The notes under the pieces were generated by a model. It was not told the origin of the DNA, made no database searches, and saw only the letters and a program-made list of their open reading frames with translations. Below, one piece after another: positions 31,986-41,835 of a stretch of DNA of 64,000 bases; within the stretch, counting starts at the first letter, position 1; every line of letters begins with the position of its first letter. Source of the stretch: Candidatus Latescibacterota bacterium (GTDB lineage Bacteria > Latescibacterota > UBA2968 > UBA8231); assembly GCA_965200315.1 (NCBI GenBank), contig OZ241362.1:704001-768000 (forward strand). Reading direction: 5' to 3'. The position numbers and the translations under genes were made by a program.

Positions 31986-33928
31986 CAAGCCGACGGCAAG
32001 TCGTATGTCGGCGCGTTGGCATGCCGCTGCAAGCCGATTTCGAGGCGGATTTCAGTCCCCGGCGGCAAGGCTACCGCAAAGTGCGCGTCGTGGACGGCAA
32101 CGCGCTCGGTTGCCTGCTCCACCGGCGGCGCAGCATAGCTTCCCACCGCGCCCGGGTACGCACTCTGCAAGGTATTGTACGCGACCTCCCCAAACCGATG
32201 CTCGGCCAAGGTTCCAGCTTGCAGTAGCACCTTGCGGGCGTTTAGCGCACTGAGGTTCACCAGGTGAACCACGAGGCGATCCCGCTCTACGGTTTCGACG
32301 AGCGCGGCCACATCCGCTGGCAGGCCCGGGCGTTTGCGCTCGGCGTCAAAGTAGCGCAGCGGGGCCATCAAGATGCCTCCGTTGTACAGGAGTTGCGGCG
32401 CGCCCAAGGTTAGTTGGATGAGCGCCTCAGTCGTCACTGGGTTTAGCTGCTGCCACCAGTGGATGTGGTTGTCGCGGGGGTCGCTCTCGTCGCGGCGGAT
32501 GAGCTCCATCCGCCGATAGACCTGCGAGAGAGCAGCTTGGAGGATCTGCACCGGGTAGTCGGGGTTTTCGCCCTTGAGATAGCAAAACCACGGCGGCTCG
32601 TGGTAGGCGTCTTCTTTGTTGTGGAACGGCACTACTGTGCGCCAGTCGTAGTGCTCTTTAGCGCGCAGCGCTTCGAGCATCTCCCAATCGACCGCCGCCC
32701 CGCTCGCGTTCCACAGCGCGGCCGGATACATAGCCGCCAACGGCTGGAAGTCCGACCACCCCTTGGCCCCGTAGCAATAGGGCACCACAAAGCTTTTCTT
32801 GTCGTCGCCGAGCGCGGTTAGCTGGCCGATCCAATGCACACCCAAGCTCATCTCGAGCTGGCCCAAGTCAGCCATCTTCCCCTGCTCGAGGACCTTTCTG
32901 AGCTGGATGCGAGGTAGTTCGAGATACTTTTCCTCGCCGGTCAGCACATAGCAATGGGTTCCGGCCAAAATCGCCGCCATGGCGATGTTGTACAACCCGT
33001 GTGGCCACGTCCAGCCGTACATGCTCCCATACCAGCGCCCTTCCATGTATTCGCCGACCTGCCCGCTCAGCCCCACGTTGTCGGGCAACAGGCCCCCATT
33101 GGCCGCGGCCCGTTCGACCCACGCATCCACGTATTCGAGCAGCCAAGCTCGGTATTTGTCGTCGCCGGTCAGGTAGCAGGCGTTGGCGATCAGCGAGGTG
33201 ACGTGCAAATTGGTGGCGCAGTCGCCCCGAGACATGCGCTCCTTCATGGCCTGCCCCATGCGCCGCGCCTTGGCCGGGTCCTTGAGGTCGGCAGGCGTGT
33301 CAATCCCCTCTAAGTCCTCGTAGGGCAAGCCGTAGCACGCCATCCCCGGGCTGTACCCATATGACGGCTCCTCGTCCTCTTCGTACAGCCAGCGCGGCCC
33401 CTTGCTCCCGTTGTGGGCGCACTTGATGATCTTGTGCTCTGGGTCGTAGTTGAGCGCCTCTCGGTCTTCGTTGAGATAGAAACCAGCAAAGCGCCGCGCC
33501 CGCGCCACATTTTCGGCGTGGGTCGGGTCGGCCATGCACAGCAGGTAGAAGTAGATGTAGCTCTCGCTCTGGTGGAACTGGTCGTAGCCGATCTCGTATT
33601 CCTTGTACACATGGCCGTACTCTACCATCAGCTCGGTGGTGGCCTCCCACTGCCGCTGGCCCAAGTCGAGCAAATGGTCGCCGCCGCCGAGCAAGTACAG
33701 CAGCGGCCAGTTGTAAAAGCTCTCGTAGAAGTCGTCGGCCCCGTCGCGGGAGTGGCGCAGGCCGTCGCGCCAAATCAAGCGACCGTCGGGGTGGGTGTAC
33801 TTTGCCAAGAATGGATAGACAGCGTTTTCCATAACTTGGAAAAGCTGCCGCTCCAACGCGGCCCAAGCCGGAGGCTGTACTAGCGGTAGCGTTGCTGCAA
33901 TGGTAATCATGGCTTTTTCTGTAGGCAT
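31982..33928 (-). CDS. Conserved-looking hypothetical protein (648 aa)
   Basis: Long aromatic-rich ORF (DGADDFYESFYNWP, PDNVGLSG, YGWTWPHG); function not recognised. Confidence 0.7.
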   Translation of the reverse strand: MPTEKAMITIAATLPLVQPPAWAALERQLFQVMENAVYPFLAKYTHPDGRLIWRDGLRHSRDGADDFYESFYNWPLLYLLGGGDHLLDLGQRQWEATTELMVEYGHVYKEYEIGYDQFHQSESYIYFYLLCMADPTHAENVARARRFAGFYLNEDREALNYDPEHKIIKCAHNGSKGPRWLYEEDEEPSYGYSPGMACYGLPYEDLEGIDTPADLKDPAKARRMGQAMKERMSRGDCATNLHVTSLIANACYLTGDDKYRAWLLEYVDAWVERAAANGGLLPDNVGLSGQVGEYMEGRWYGSMYGWTWPHGLYNIAMAAILAGTHCYVLTGEEKYLELPRIQLRKVLEQGKMADLGQLEMSLGVHWIGQLTALGDDKKSFVVPYCYGAKGWSDFQPLAAMYPAALWNASGAAVDWEMLEALRAKEHYDWRTVVPFHNKEDAYHEPPWFCYLKGENPDYPVQILQAALSQVYRRMELIRRDESDPRDNHIHWWQQLNPVTTEALIQLTLGAPQLLYNGGILMAPLRYFDAERKRPGLPADVAALVETVERDRLVVHLVNLSALNARKVLLQAGTLAEHRFGEVAYNTLQSAYPGAVGSYAAPPVEQATERVAVHDAHFAVALPPGTEIRLEIGLQRHANAPTYDLPSAW

Positions 33929-33993
33929 TCTGTAGGCTGCCGCTTGATTGCGGATGCGATTGATTCGACGGTAGTCGCTCGTTTATTGGGTTG

Positions 33994-34890
33994 TTATTCC
34001 GCTTCGAGAACCTTCGGATCCAATTGATACCAGAATACTTTTCCAGATTCAATATCGGTTTGTATCCGGTCGTCTCGGTGCAGACCTGCGATAGCGGCGT
34101 GGGCGGGTTTGCCGGTGAACTTGGTCAAAAGTTCGGCGTTGCGAATGGCCCGCCTAGTATCCCGGCCGTTGGCAGTAAAAGAGATTTCCACGGCGATGTA
34201 GCAAGTTTCGCCATCCGAGTCGGTCGCTTCCATAATCAGATCCGCCTCGCGGAAACTCCTCAGTTCGTTTGTAGGAATATCCACCGTGTCAGCGAGATCA
34301 ACCAGTGCCCACAGATCATCATCGGTGAGGTTTTTCGTCCGCTGGAGGCCCATCTCCCTAGCGATTGAACTGGCCCTTCTGAGCGCGGCACTGCGGGCGT
34401 GGGCACCTTTGAGGACGCCTACACTATCTTGGATGGACTGCACTTTGCTATCGAGACCGTCCACTTTGGTTTCGAGACCGTCCACTTTGGTTTCGAGCTT
34501 ATCAAGGCGTTGGTTGGTCACCTCGGCCTTCTCTTCGAGCACTCCAAGGCGTTGGTTGGTCACCTCGGCCTTCTCTTCGAGCACTCCAAGGCGTTGGTTG
34601 GTCACCTCGGCCTTCTCTTCGAGCACTCCAAGGCGTTGGTTGGTCACCTCGGCCTTCTCTTCGAGCACTCCAAGGCGTTGGTTGGTCACCTCGGCCTTCT
34701 CTTCGAGCACTCCAAAACGCTGGTTCGTTGCCTCGATAAAGCTGTCCACCTTGGCGGCGAGTTGTGTCAACTTTTCCGGCAGTTCAATCAGTTCGCGCGT
34801 CAGCAGCCGGGTTCGCATGGCCTCGAGCCATGCGGGATTTTCGTCTAAGATCTGCATTAGGTCTTCTATAGTATGGATCTGATTCATCAT
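33994..34890 (-). CDS. Coiled-coil tandem-repeat protein with C-terminal PD-(D/E)xK-like domain
   Basis: Heptad repeats, then EADLIM...YIAVEISFT...D.RRA.RNA. Confidence 0.7.
   Translation of the reverse strand: MMNQIHTIEDLMQILDENPAWLEAMRTRLLTRELIELPEKLTQLAAKVDSFIEATNQRFGVLEEKAEVTNQRLGVLEEKAEVTNQRLGVLEEKAEVTNQRLGVLEEKAEVTNQRLGVLEEKAEVTNQRLDKLETKVDGLETKVDGLDSKVQSIQDSVGVLKGAHARSAALRRASSIAREMGLQRTKNLTDDDLWALVDLADTVDIPTNELRSFREADLIMEATDSDGETCYIAVEISFTANGRDTRRAIRNAELLTKFTGKPAHAAIAGLHRDDRIQTDIESGKVFWYQLDPKVLEAE
34451..34712. repeat. Intragenic VNTR: 5 x 42 bp plus 2 x 21 bp
   Basis: CAAGGCGTTGGTTGGTCACCTCGGCCTTCTCTTCGAGCACTC five times at 34503-34712; TCGAGACCGTCCACTTTGGTT twice at 34451-34492. 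Confidence 0.95.
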
Positions 34891-34924
34891 TTCTCCTTTT
34901 CTTTCATTGCCGTTACCTTGTACC

Positions 34925-35674
34925 TCACCCCTTCCCTCCCTTCACACCCCACACCGCCCCTGTAGCGTACGTATTCCGCTCCGAGCACAAAAACTCAATC
35001 ACCTCGGCCACCTCCGCAGCGTCTGAGTAGCGCCCAATCGGGTTGCCCGGATCGCGCAGGTGCGCCGCGTCAAAGCGCGGCACCACCATATCGGTCAGTG
35101 CCCGACCCGGCTCGACGCCGTTGACGAATACCCCCTGCCGCGGCCAAGCGTCGCCCAGTGCCTGAATAAACGACCACACCGCCCCCTTGGACACCGAGTA
35201 CGGCACCTGATTCGGATTGCCGTAGCGCGCCCCGGAGGAAATCGTCACACAGCGTCCCCACCCTCGCTCGAGCATGTGCGGGACCGCCGCCTGATGCGCG
35301 TAGTACACCCCATGCACATTGATCGCCATCACCTTGGCAAACTGCGCGGCAGTCTGCTCAAAAAAGGGCTTTTCCCACCCCAGGATACCGGCACTGCACA
35401 CCAAGATATCCAGCCGCCCAAAGGTCTCCACCGCTTGGGCTACTGCCTCGTGTACCTGCATCTCGTCGGTCACGTCCGCCTCGACAAAAAGCACCTGCTG
35501 CCCCATGGCCTCGATCTCCCGCTCCTGCGCTGGTTCCGCCCGCACATCGATAATGACGATGTGCCGCCCGGCCTCGGCCAAGCGCAGCGCAGCCGCCCCC
35601 CCAATGCCGCGTGCCCCCCCCGTAATCAAGGCCACCCGCTGCTCCACCGGTGCTGCAAATCGCAAATGTGCCAT
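34925..35674 (-). CDS. SDR-family oxidoreductase
   Basis: TGGARGIG and YSVSK. Confidence 0.9.
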   Translation of the reverse strand: MAHLRFAAPVEQRVALITGGARGIGGAAALRLAEAGRHIVIIDVRAEPAQEREIEAMGQQVLFVEADVTDEMQVHEAVAQAVETFGRLDILVCSAGILGWEKPFFEQTAAQFAKVMAINVHGVYYAHQAAVPHMLERGWGRCVTISSGARYGNPNQVPYSVSKGAVWSFIQALGDAWPRQGVFVNGVEPGRALTDMVVPRFDAAHLRDPGNPIGRYSDAAEVAEVIEFLCSERNTYATGAVWGVKGGKG

Positions 35675-35772
35675 ACTACCCTCCCCTTGCTTGCGCTATC
35701 GCACGGTTTTGAATAAAATCGCCATACAACCCGGACCTTTACCTTTTATAATATGGAATGGAGCGCATTATA

Positions 35773-36900
35773 ATGAAAATCGAACAGATCGAATCCCTCC
35801 TCATCGGCAACGGCTACATCGTCCGCATTACCACCGACACCGGTCTGACCGGCATCGGCCAAACCGCCTGCTGGGGCTATCCCACGGCCGTGCAGAGCAT
35901 CGTCGATGTCTTCAAAGAATACCTCATCGGCCAAAATCCCCTCCGCATCGAACACCACTGGCAGCACCTCTACCGCATGGCCCCTTTCCGAGGCACGGCC
36001 ATCATGGGGGCCGTCTCAGCCGTGGACATCGCGCTGTGGGACCTCAAGGGCAAGCACTTCGAGGTCCCGGTGTGGGAGCTGTTGGGGGGCAATGTCCGCG
36101 ACAAGATCCGCCTGCACCTGCTCTCGGGAGGCAGCACCCCAGAGGACATCTCCAACGCCGCACAAGCCGCTGTCGCCGAGGGCTTCACCGCCATCAAGTT
36201 CGACCCCATCACCATCGACTGCCACGACAAGGGCCAAGCGCGGATGATCCAAACCGCCATCGAACTGACCGCGGCCGCACGCGAAGCCGGCGGCCCGGAT
36301 TTGGACCTGATTGTCGAGCTGCACCGCAAGCTGACGCCCATGATCTCCCTATCCCTAGCCGAAGCCCTCAAGCCCTTCCACGTCTTCTTCCTCGAAGACC
36401 CGATCCAGATCGACAGCATCTCAGCCCAAGCGCACATCGCCCAGAAATCCACTGTGCCCTTTGGCAATGGCGAACGCTTTGTGTCTATATGGGAATTCCG
36501 CGAGTTGTTGGAGCAGGGTGGTCCCCAGTATTTGCGGCCGGATGTGGCCTTGGCCGGCGGCATCTCGCACTGCAAAAAAATCGCGGCCATCGGCGAAGCC
36601 TACCACTGTGCGGTAGTGACCCACAACTTCTTGGGGCCGCTGATTACCGCCGCCTCTCTGCACCTCGACGCCTCGATTCCCAACTTCATTACCCAAGAAT
36701 ACACCAAAGGCGACGAAGCCCCGCATAACGCGGTCTATCGGTGCGCCTATAGGCGCGAAGGCGGGTACATCCCAATTCCCCAAGCCCCGGGCCTCGGCGT
36801 GGGGCTAGACGATGGATTAATCGAGCAAACGCCCTACAAACCCATCAACAACGCTTCCACACCGCTGCGCACCGACGGCTCGGTGTCTTATGCCGTCTGA
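35773..36900 (+). CDS. Mandelate racemase/enolase-superfamily dehydratase (galactonate dehydratase-like)
   Basis: SAVDIALWDLKGK, GFTAIKFDP, EDP, GER and PGLGV; probable start MKIEQ at 35773. Confidence 0.88.
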   Translation: MKIEQIESLLIGNGYIVRITTDTGLTGIGQTACWGYPTAVQSIVDVFKEYLIGQNPLRIEHHWQHLYRMAPFRGTAIMGAVSAVDIALWDLKGKHFEVPVWELLGGNVRDKIRLHLLSGGSTPEDISNAAQAAVAEGFTAIKFDPITIDCHDKGQARMIQTAIELTAAAREAGGPDLDLIVELHRKLTPMISLSLAEALKPFHVFFLEDPIQIDSISAQAHIAQKSTVPFGNGERFVSIWEFRELLEQGGPQYLRPDVALAGGISHCKKIAAIGEAYHCAVVTHNFLGPLITAASLHLDASIPNFITQEYTKGDEAPHNAVYRCAYRREGGYIPIPQAPGLGVGLDDGLIEQTPYKPINNASTPLRTDGSVSYAV

Positions 36901-36975
36901 CGTCCCCAGCTAAGTAGGCCAAAACAGTAATATGCACGAGATGCCGACAACCACGACTCTAACTTAGGAGGCTAT

Positions 36976-37623
36976 ATGAACGTCCTAATTTTATCCGGCC
37001 CGAATCATCAGTTTGCGGCTAGTGCCCCAGTCATCCACGACTTTTTGAGCGCACACTACGATCTGTCCGTCGCGCTTGACGACGACAAGGACGTGTTAGC
37101 GTCAGACGGTCTGCGCGATTTCGATGTGCTGATCCATGGCACCGGCTTCACGCACGCCGAGCGGCAGGAAGACGGTACCGTGCAACACGTCCCCGAACTG
37201 ACGCCCGCGCAAGCAGAGGGGGTGTTCGACTTTGTCGCCGGTGGCAAAGGGCTGGTCGGCATCCACGGCACGGCGTGGTGTATTGGCGGCAAAGCCGTGG
37301 ACTTGCTTGGCGGTCACGCCAACTGGCACCCGCCGGGCTCGGCCTTCACCGTCTCCATTATCGACAGCGCTCACCCGGTTACGCAGGGCGTGCCCGACTT
37401 TGACGTGGAAGACGAGATTTACATGTCGGCGTGGGATCCGGCCATCCGCATCTTGGCCACCGCCGAGTGGAGCGGCAAGCAGCATCCCCTAGCGTGGGTC
37501 AAACCCTATGGCGCCGGGCGGGTGTTTTACACGGCGTTGGGACATGGCCCGGGAACATTTGTGTGCCTAGGTATGCAGCGGATGATGGCGCAAGGAGTGC
37601 GGTGGGCTGGAGGGAGTTTATAA
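36976..37623 (+). CDS. ThuA-like domain protein
   Basis: GGKGLVGIH, EDEIY and G.GRVFYTALGH; AGGAGG RBS. Confidence 0.85.
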   Translation: MNVLILSGPNHQFAASAPVIHDFLSAHYDLSVALDDDKDVLASDGLRDFDVLIHGTGFTHAERQEDGTVQHVPELTPAQAEGVFDFVAGGKGLVGIHGTAWCIGGKAVDLLGGHANWHPPGSAFTVSIIDSAHPVTQGVPDFDVEDEIYMSAWDPAIRILATAEWSGKQHPLAWVKPYGAGRVFYTALGHGPGTFVCLGMQRMMAQGVRWAGGSL

Positions 37624-39294
37624 AAACCCACCCTGCGCGTCCGACCACTGCCCACAGCGGATTTCCAAAGTCCGCGCCACCGGCGTCCGCAGGGCGACGA
37701 GCACCCGCAAACGCTCCGCGTCGATCTCGCTATTTCGCATCCGCCACATGGTGTGTTCCATGGCCCCCGGGCCAATGCGGATGGCGTCGTCGCCCACCCG
37801 GTAGAGGGCGTAACCCGCTTTGAGAAAGACTGTGTGCCCGGCGCGGCCCTCGACGAGCGCACTGTCCAGCTCCAAGGTTCCGCCCGGCGCGAAGACTCCC
37901 TCAATCTGCAAGGGCACCCCATCAACGCCCCCTGCGGTGCGGATGTGGAGGTCAAAGCCACCGGCCACCTCCTCGATGTGCAACTCGACTTCTAGCGGCG
38001 GCAACTCATATGTCGCCCGCCGCCCGCGCACCTCCCGCCAGTTGTTGGCATCGACTTGCTCGGCAATCGGCAGCCAGTAGATCCCCCCTAAGTAGTCCTT
38101 TTCCGGGTAGATGCGGTTGCGGCCTTTGTGCTGCATCCGCACCCCCTTGTCCACTTCAGCAAACTCCTCACCGACAAATTGTCCGGTGGCGAAATAGGTC
38201 GATGATATCTTCACGGCCGCCAATTCGGCCTGCCCGCAGACCACGCTAAAGGGCGCGGTCAGACCAGCCACAGCCGTAGCACTCACCGCGCCCCGACGCA
38301 CCCGCCACAGGCCGGAGGCTGGATAGACGCGGCTATAGCGCTCGGGCAAGGGCACCTGCTCTATACATGTCGTTCGCCACTCGGGATGCAGGACGTAGCT
38401 CGGCAGGCAGACCAAACCGCTGCCCCCGCGCGCAACCAACCAGTTGGCGACCGCCGCGTACAAGCCATTGCCGTCTAAATGGGCCAAGGCATGGTAGCCA
38501 TCGGCCAAACCAGTCGGCACGGCTCGCGTGTCGCGGTCTTGGCGCGTGGAAATGCTCGTCACCGCAGTGGCGTCGGCGTGGAGGAGATGATAGGACAAAT
38601 CCAAGTTGCGCCGCACCGGCTCCAGCAGGTCGGGCCGCTCCAGCACGTGTGCCGCACGAATTAAGGCGCGATTGACCACGGCATTGTACACGCCCGTGCT
38701 CCGCTCGCTGTACTCGCCGTCGGCGTTGATGTCAATACCTTCGCCGAGGTACGCTTCCACAGTCGCGCTCACTGCAAGTTCTGGATAGAGAGCTTGGGCT
38801 TGGGCCAACGCGGCGACTAGCACCCAGCGGTGATTGGGCGTGTGGAAGCCGCCAGCGACCATGCCCGGCGCTCCGGTTCGTATCAGCTCGCCTAGGGCTT
38901 CGGCGATTGCTGCGGCTCCCTCGTCGTCTGTAGCCTGTTGCCGCGCCGCAAACACGACCGGCGCGATGGCTTGCACCACAAAGCCCGTGTCCGGGGCTGA
39001 GTCGAAGTTGGTGGTCAGTAAGTCGAAACAACCCGACGGGTTCCGATGCCGGCGGGCAAACTCAGCGGCTAGGAGGATCCGCTGTAAAAGCTCTTCGCTG
39101 CGGTAGTGGCGCGACTCGGGCAGGAGATAGGCGTAGCCCAGCGACGCGACCGCACTGATGCTTTGTGAACCCACCAACCGATCGCCGTCCATAAAGCCGC
39201 CGCAGTAAGGGCTTTCTGAGTCCAGCACTTGGCGCGTCAACACGCCCGCGACTTGATGGCCTAGCTCGCCGACGAGCGGCTTGTATCCAATCAT
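37618..39294 (-). CDS. Hypothetical protein (about 558 aa), possibly carbohydrate-active
   Basis: GGFHTPNHRW and DGEYSERS.GVYN. True start likely ATG 39294 with AGAGGA RBS; the extra 13 codons in the ORF track overlap the direct repeat. Confidence 0.7.
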   Translation of the reverse strand: MIGYKPLVGELGHQVAGVLTRQVLDSESPYCGGFMDGDRLVGSQSISAVASLGYAYLLPESRHYRSEELLQRILLAAEFARRHRNPSGCFDLLTTNFDSAPDTGFVVQAIAPVVFAARQQATDDEGAAAIAEALGELIRTGAPGMVAGGFHTPNHRWVLVAALAQAQALYPELAVSATVEAYLGEGIDINADGEYSERSTGVYNAVVNRALIRAAHVLERPDLLEPVRRNLDLSYHLLHADATAVTSISTRQDRDTRAVPTGLADGYHALAHLDGNGLYAAVANWLVARGGSGLVCLPSYVLHPEWRTTCIEQVPLPERYSRVYPASGLWRVRRGAVSATAVAGLTAPFSVVCGQAELAAVKISSTYFATGQFVGEEFAEVDKGVRMQHKGRNRIYPEKDYLGGIYWLPIAEQVDANNWREVRGRRATYELPPLEVELHIEEVAGGFDLHIRTAGGVDGVPLQIEGVFAPGGTLELDSALVEGRAGHTVFLKAGYALYRVGDDAIRIGPGAMEHTMWRMRNSEIDAERLRVLVALRTPVARTLEIRCGQWSDAQGGFL

Positions 39295-39312
39295 TTCTTG
39301 TCCTCTATCTAA

Positions 39313-39354
39313 CGGCGCGACTCCGCCGAACATTCCCGGAAAGCGGAACGCGGC
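39313..39354. repeat. 42-bp direct repeat, copy 1
   Basis: 39/42 identical to 41857-41898; abuts the REase stop codon. Confidence 0.9.
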
Positions 39355-39961
39355 TAACCGATTCCAAGTATCTTTGCGACGAATTGGGTTCGTGCATAGA
39401 AAGCCCTGCTCGTGCTACCATGCCCGGCTCCCTTGGTTCTCGGCTGAATCAGTACACCCATTTTGCCGGTTAGCTGTTCAAACCCCTTGGTCGCGATGCA
39501 ACTTCTCACCTCTTCATAGTCTTTCTTTACTTGATCGTAATACTCCTCGTCATTGAGATCAAAAGCCGATACGTTTATCAGAATAGATTGATTCTCTTCT
39601 TGAGACTCGAATAATCTAGCGCAAATCACCGCTTTGTTCAGTTTTGTGAGCAAGTGGCTTTGTTCAAAGGGGGTATTTTTGACGTTGATCGGATCGATCA
39701 TCGTAATGGCCATAGTCTCCTTAACCGTGATCCTGCCACTAGCAAGTCTTTCAATGGAACGATTTTTAGTTCCCATGATCCAAAATTAGGTGACTGTGCC
39801 GAATTGATGGGAAGCCCCAAGTACCTTTCAAGTAAATGACCTGCCCACCCTTTGTTCTTTTTATCGCCTTTCCAAATGGTCACTTCATATCGAGTAGCGA
39901 GTGAAACCAAATCCTTTCCCTTCAGCAATTTCAGCTTGCTGATTGCAGTTTCCCGTTCCAT
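39354..39961 (-). pseudogene. MutH/Sau3AI-like restriction endonuclease, frameshifted
   Basis: KNKGWAGHLLERYLG...WELK continues in another frame as KETMAITMI...IQPRTKGAGHGSTSRAFYART. One A appears to be missing in the run at 39749-39751. Low GC. Confidence 0.75.
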
Positions 39962-39972
39962 CGAATATCTCC

Positions 39973-40863
39973 TTACTCAAAATTTAGGGACGATTGCCGG
40001 TTATTTATCGAGTAGTTCAAACGTTCTATGGATAGATCGATAAACTCAGGTTCGAGTTCTGTCCCTACGAATCTTCGTCCGAGATTCACAGCAGCTACGC
40101 CTGTGGTTGAACTACCGGAAAAAGGATCGAGGATCAAGTCTCCTGCGTTTGTTGATGCCATAATTATCCGCTCTATAAGCGCAAGAGGCTTTTGAGTAGG
40201 ATGTTTGCCGAATTTCTTTTCTTCTTTATTAGGAGGTCTAAACGACCACACTGATTTCATCTGTTTGCCGTGGTTCAATTCCCGCATTTTGGCATAGTTA
40301 AAACAGTGCTTTGATCTTTCATTTTTAGCAGCCCAGATGATAGTTTCCGTTGCATGAGTAAAATAGCGACGAGACAAGTTCGGCGGCGGATTGGGCTTTT
40401 CCCATGTAATATCGTTGAGAATTTTCATTCCTATCTGTTGCATCGCATAACCCACAGAGTGAATGACATGTTGGGTTCCAGATACCCAGAGCGTCCCGTT
40501 GGGTTTCAATGCTCTTTGACACCTCGATAGCCAAGCGATATTGAACTCGTGATTTATTTCTGGGCCTTTGGATTGGTCCCACTTTCCCTTATCGACCTTC
40601 ACCATTTTTCCAGCGTGGCAGGTAATCCCGCCATTGGAAAGAAAATATGGAGGGTCTGCAAATATCATATCAAATTTGTCCTCCGGGTATTTGCCGATGA
40701 TCACATCCAAAAACTCAAGACAATTAGCCCGATATAGCCAGACGCCGAATTCACTATTGCAAAATACGCATTGGTTCGGCGAGTGTTCAGAACGCTCCAT
40801 AACCAGCAAAGGCAGGGGACTTTCTTGCGACGGCTCATAACTAGGCCCTTGCTTGCGTTTCAT
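39973..40863 (-). CDS. Beta-class N6A/N4C DNA methyltransferase (DpnA/MboIB-like)
   Basis: FADPPYFLSNGG, WEKPNPPPN, HPTQKP and LDPFSGSSTTG; low GC; start may be nearer 40800. Confidence 0.9.
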   Translation of the reverse strand: MKRKQGPSYEPSQESPLPLLVMERSEHSPNQCVFCNSEFGVWLYRANCLEFLDVIIGKYPEDKFDMIFADPPYFLSNGGITCHAGKMVKVDKGKWDQSKGPEINHEFNIAWLSRCQRALKPNGTLWVSGTQHVIHSVGYAMQQIGMKILNDITWEKPNPPPNLSRRYFTHATETIIWAAKNERSKHCFNYAKMRELNHGKQMKSVWSFRPPNKEEKKFGKHPTQKPLALIERIIMASTNAGDLILDPFSGSSTTGVAAVNLGRRFVGTELEPEFIDLSIERLNYSINNRQSSLNFE

Positions 40864-41825
40864 GTCGTATGTTGCTCCAGCGACCGATACGCCGCCTCGG
40901 TAAACTTGGCTACGGCCACGGCAAAATCCGCCTGCTCATAGCCCTTGCCGCCATTGCGAATCCAGCGCAAAAAGGCCGCGTCCGGCGTATCTTCCCGCAC
41001 CCGCTTGGGCACCTCCAACGGCTCCCCGTTCAGCAACACCTCCCGCACCTGCCACTGGTGTAGATGAAAAACCAAGGTCCCCTCGTCGCCGTGGATCGAC
41101 AGCCGCTCGTCGTGCCGGCTCGCACTGCCGATAAAGCTCAACGACCCCAGCGCACCGCCGCGAAACCGCGCATTGACCACGGCATCCATATCCACCGGCT
41201 TGCCCCGCTTGTCCATGAAGGCCGAGACCTTTACCGGCGTCAAGCCGGTAATCCACAGCACCGCAGCCACCAAGTGACTGCCGGTGTCCATGAACATCCC
41301 GCCTCCTGCCAACTCGGGCACCATCCGCCATCCTCTGCCGCCCCAATTTTGCGTCACGTACGCGACGACCCCCTTGATCTCGCCGAGAGCACCCTTCTGT
41401 ACCAGTTCCCGCGCATAGGCATACGCCGGGTAAAAGTTGCGCTGATAGCTGACGACCAACAGGCACTCCTGCGCGGCGGCCAGATTGACTAGCGCTTGGG
41501 CGTGGCGCGCCTTTGTCGTCAGGGGTTTCTCGATCAAAGCGTGCAGATTCCGCTCTAGCGCGTAGTGCGCCTGCGCGTAGTGAGTCGAATGCGGAGAGGA
41601 GATCAACACCCCGTCGAGCGCGTCTGCGTCAATCATCTGCCGGTAGTCGGCGCGATAGGCGGCCTCAGCACCCCACGCTTTTAGCAATTGCTGCGCCGAT
41701 GCCTCCTCCGGGTCGGCGACCGCCACCAACTCTACGCGGCCATCGGCTTTTAGCCGGGGAATGTGCGCACCGCGCATGTTGCCGCCGCAGCCGATCAGGC
41801 CGAGGCGAATCTTCCTTTTTGCCAT
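40860..41825 (-). CDS. Gfo/Idh/MocA oxidoreductase
   Basis: GLIGCGG, EKP and GGG.FMDTGSH. Confidence 0.9.
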   Translation of the reverse strand: MAKRKIRLGLIGCGGNMRGAHIPRLKADGRVELVAVADPEEASAQQLLKAWGAEAAYRADYRQMIDADALDGVLISSPHSTHYAQAHYALERNLHALIEKPLTTKARHAQALVNLAAAQECLLVVSYQRNFYPAYAYARELVQKGALGEIKGVVAYVTQNWGGRGWRMVPELAGGGMFMDTGSHLVAAVLWITGLTPVKVSAFMDKRGKPVDMDAVVNARFRGGALGSLSFIGSASRHDERLSIHGDEGTLVFHLHQWQVREVLLNGEPLEVPKRVREDTPDAAFLRWIRNGGKGYEQADFAVAVAKFTEAAYRSLEQHTT

Positions 41826-41835
41826 CGCGTTTCTT

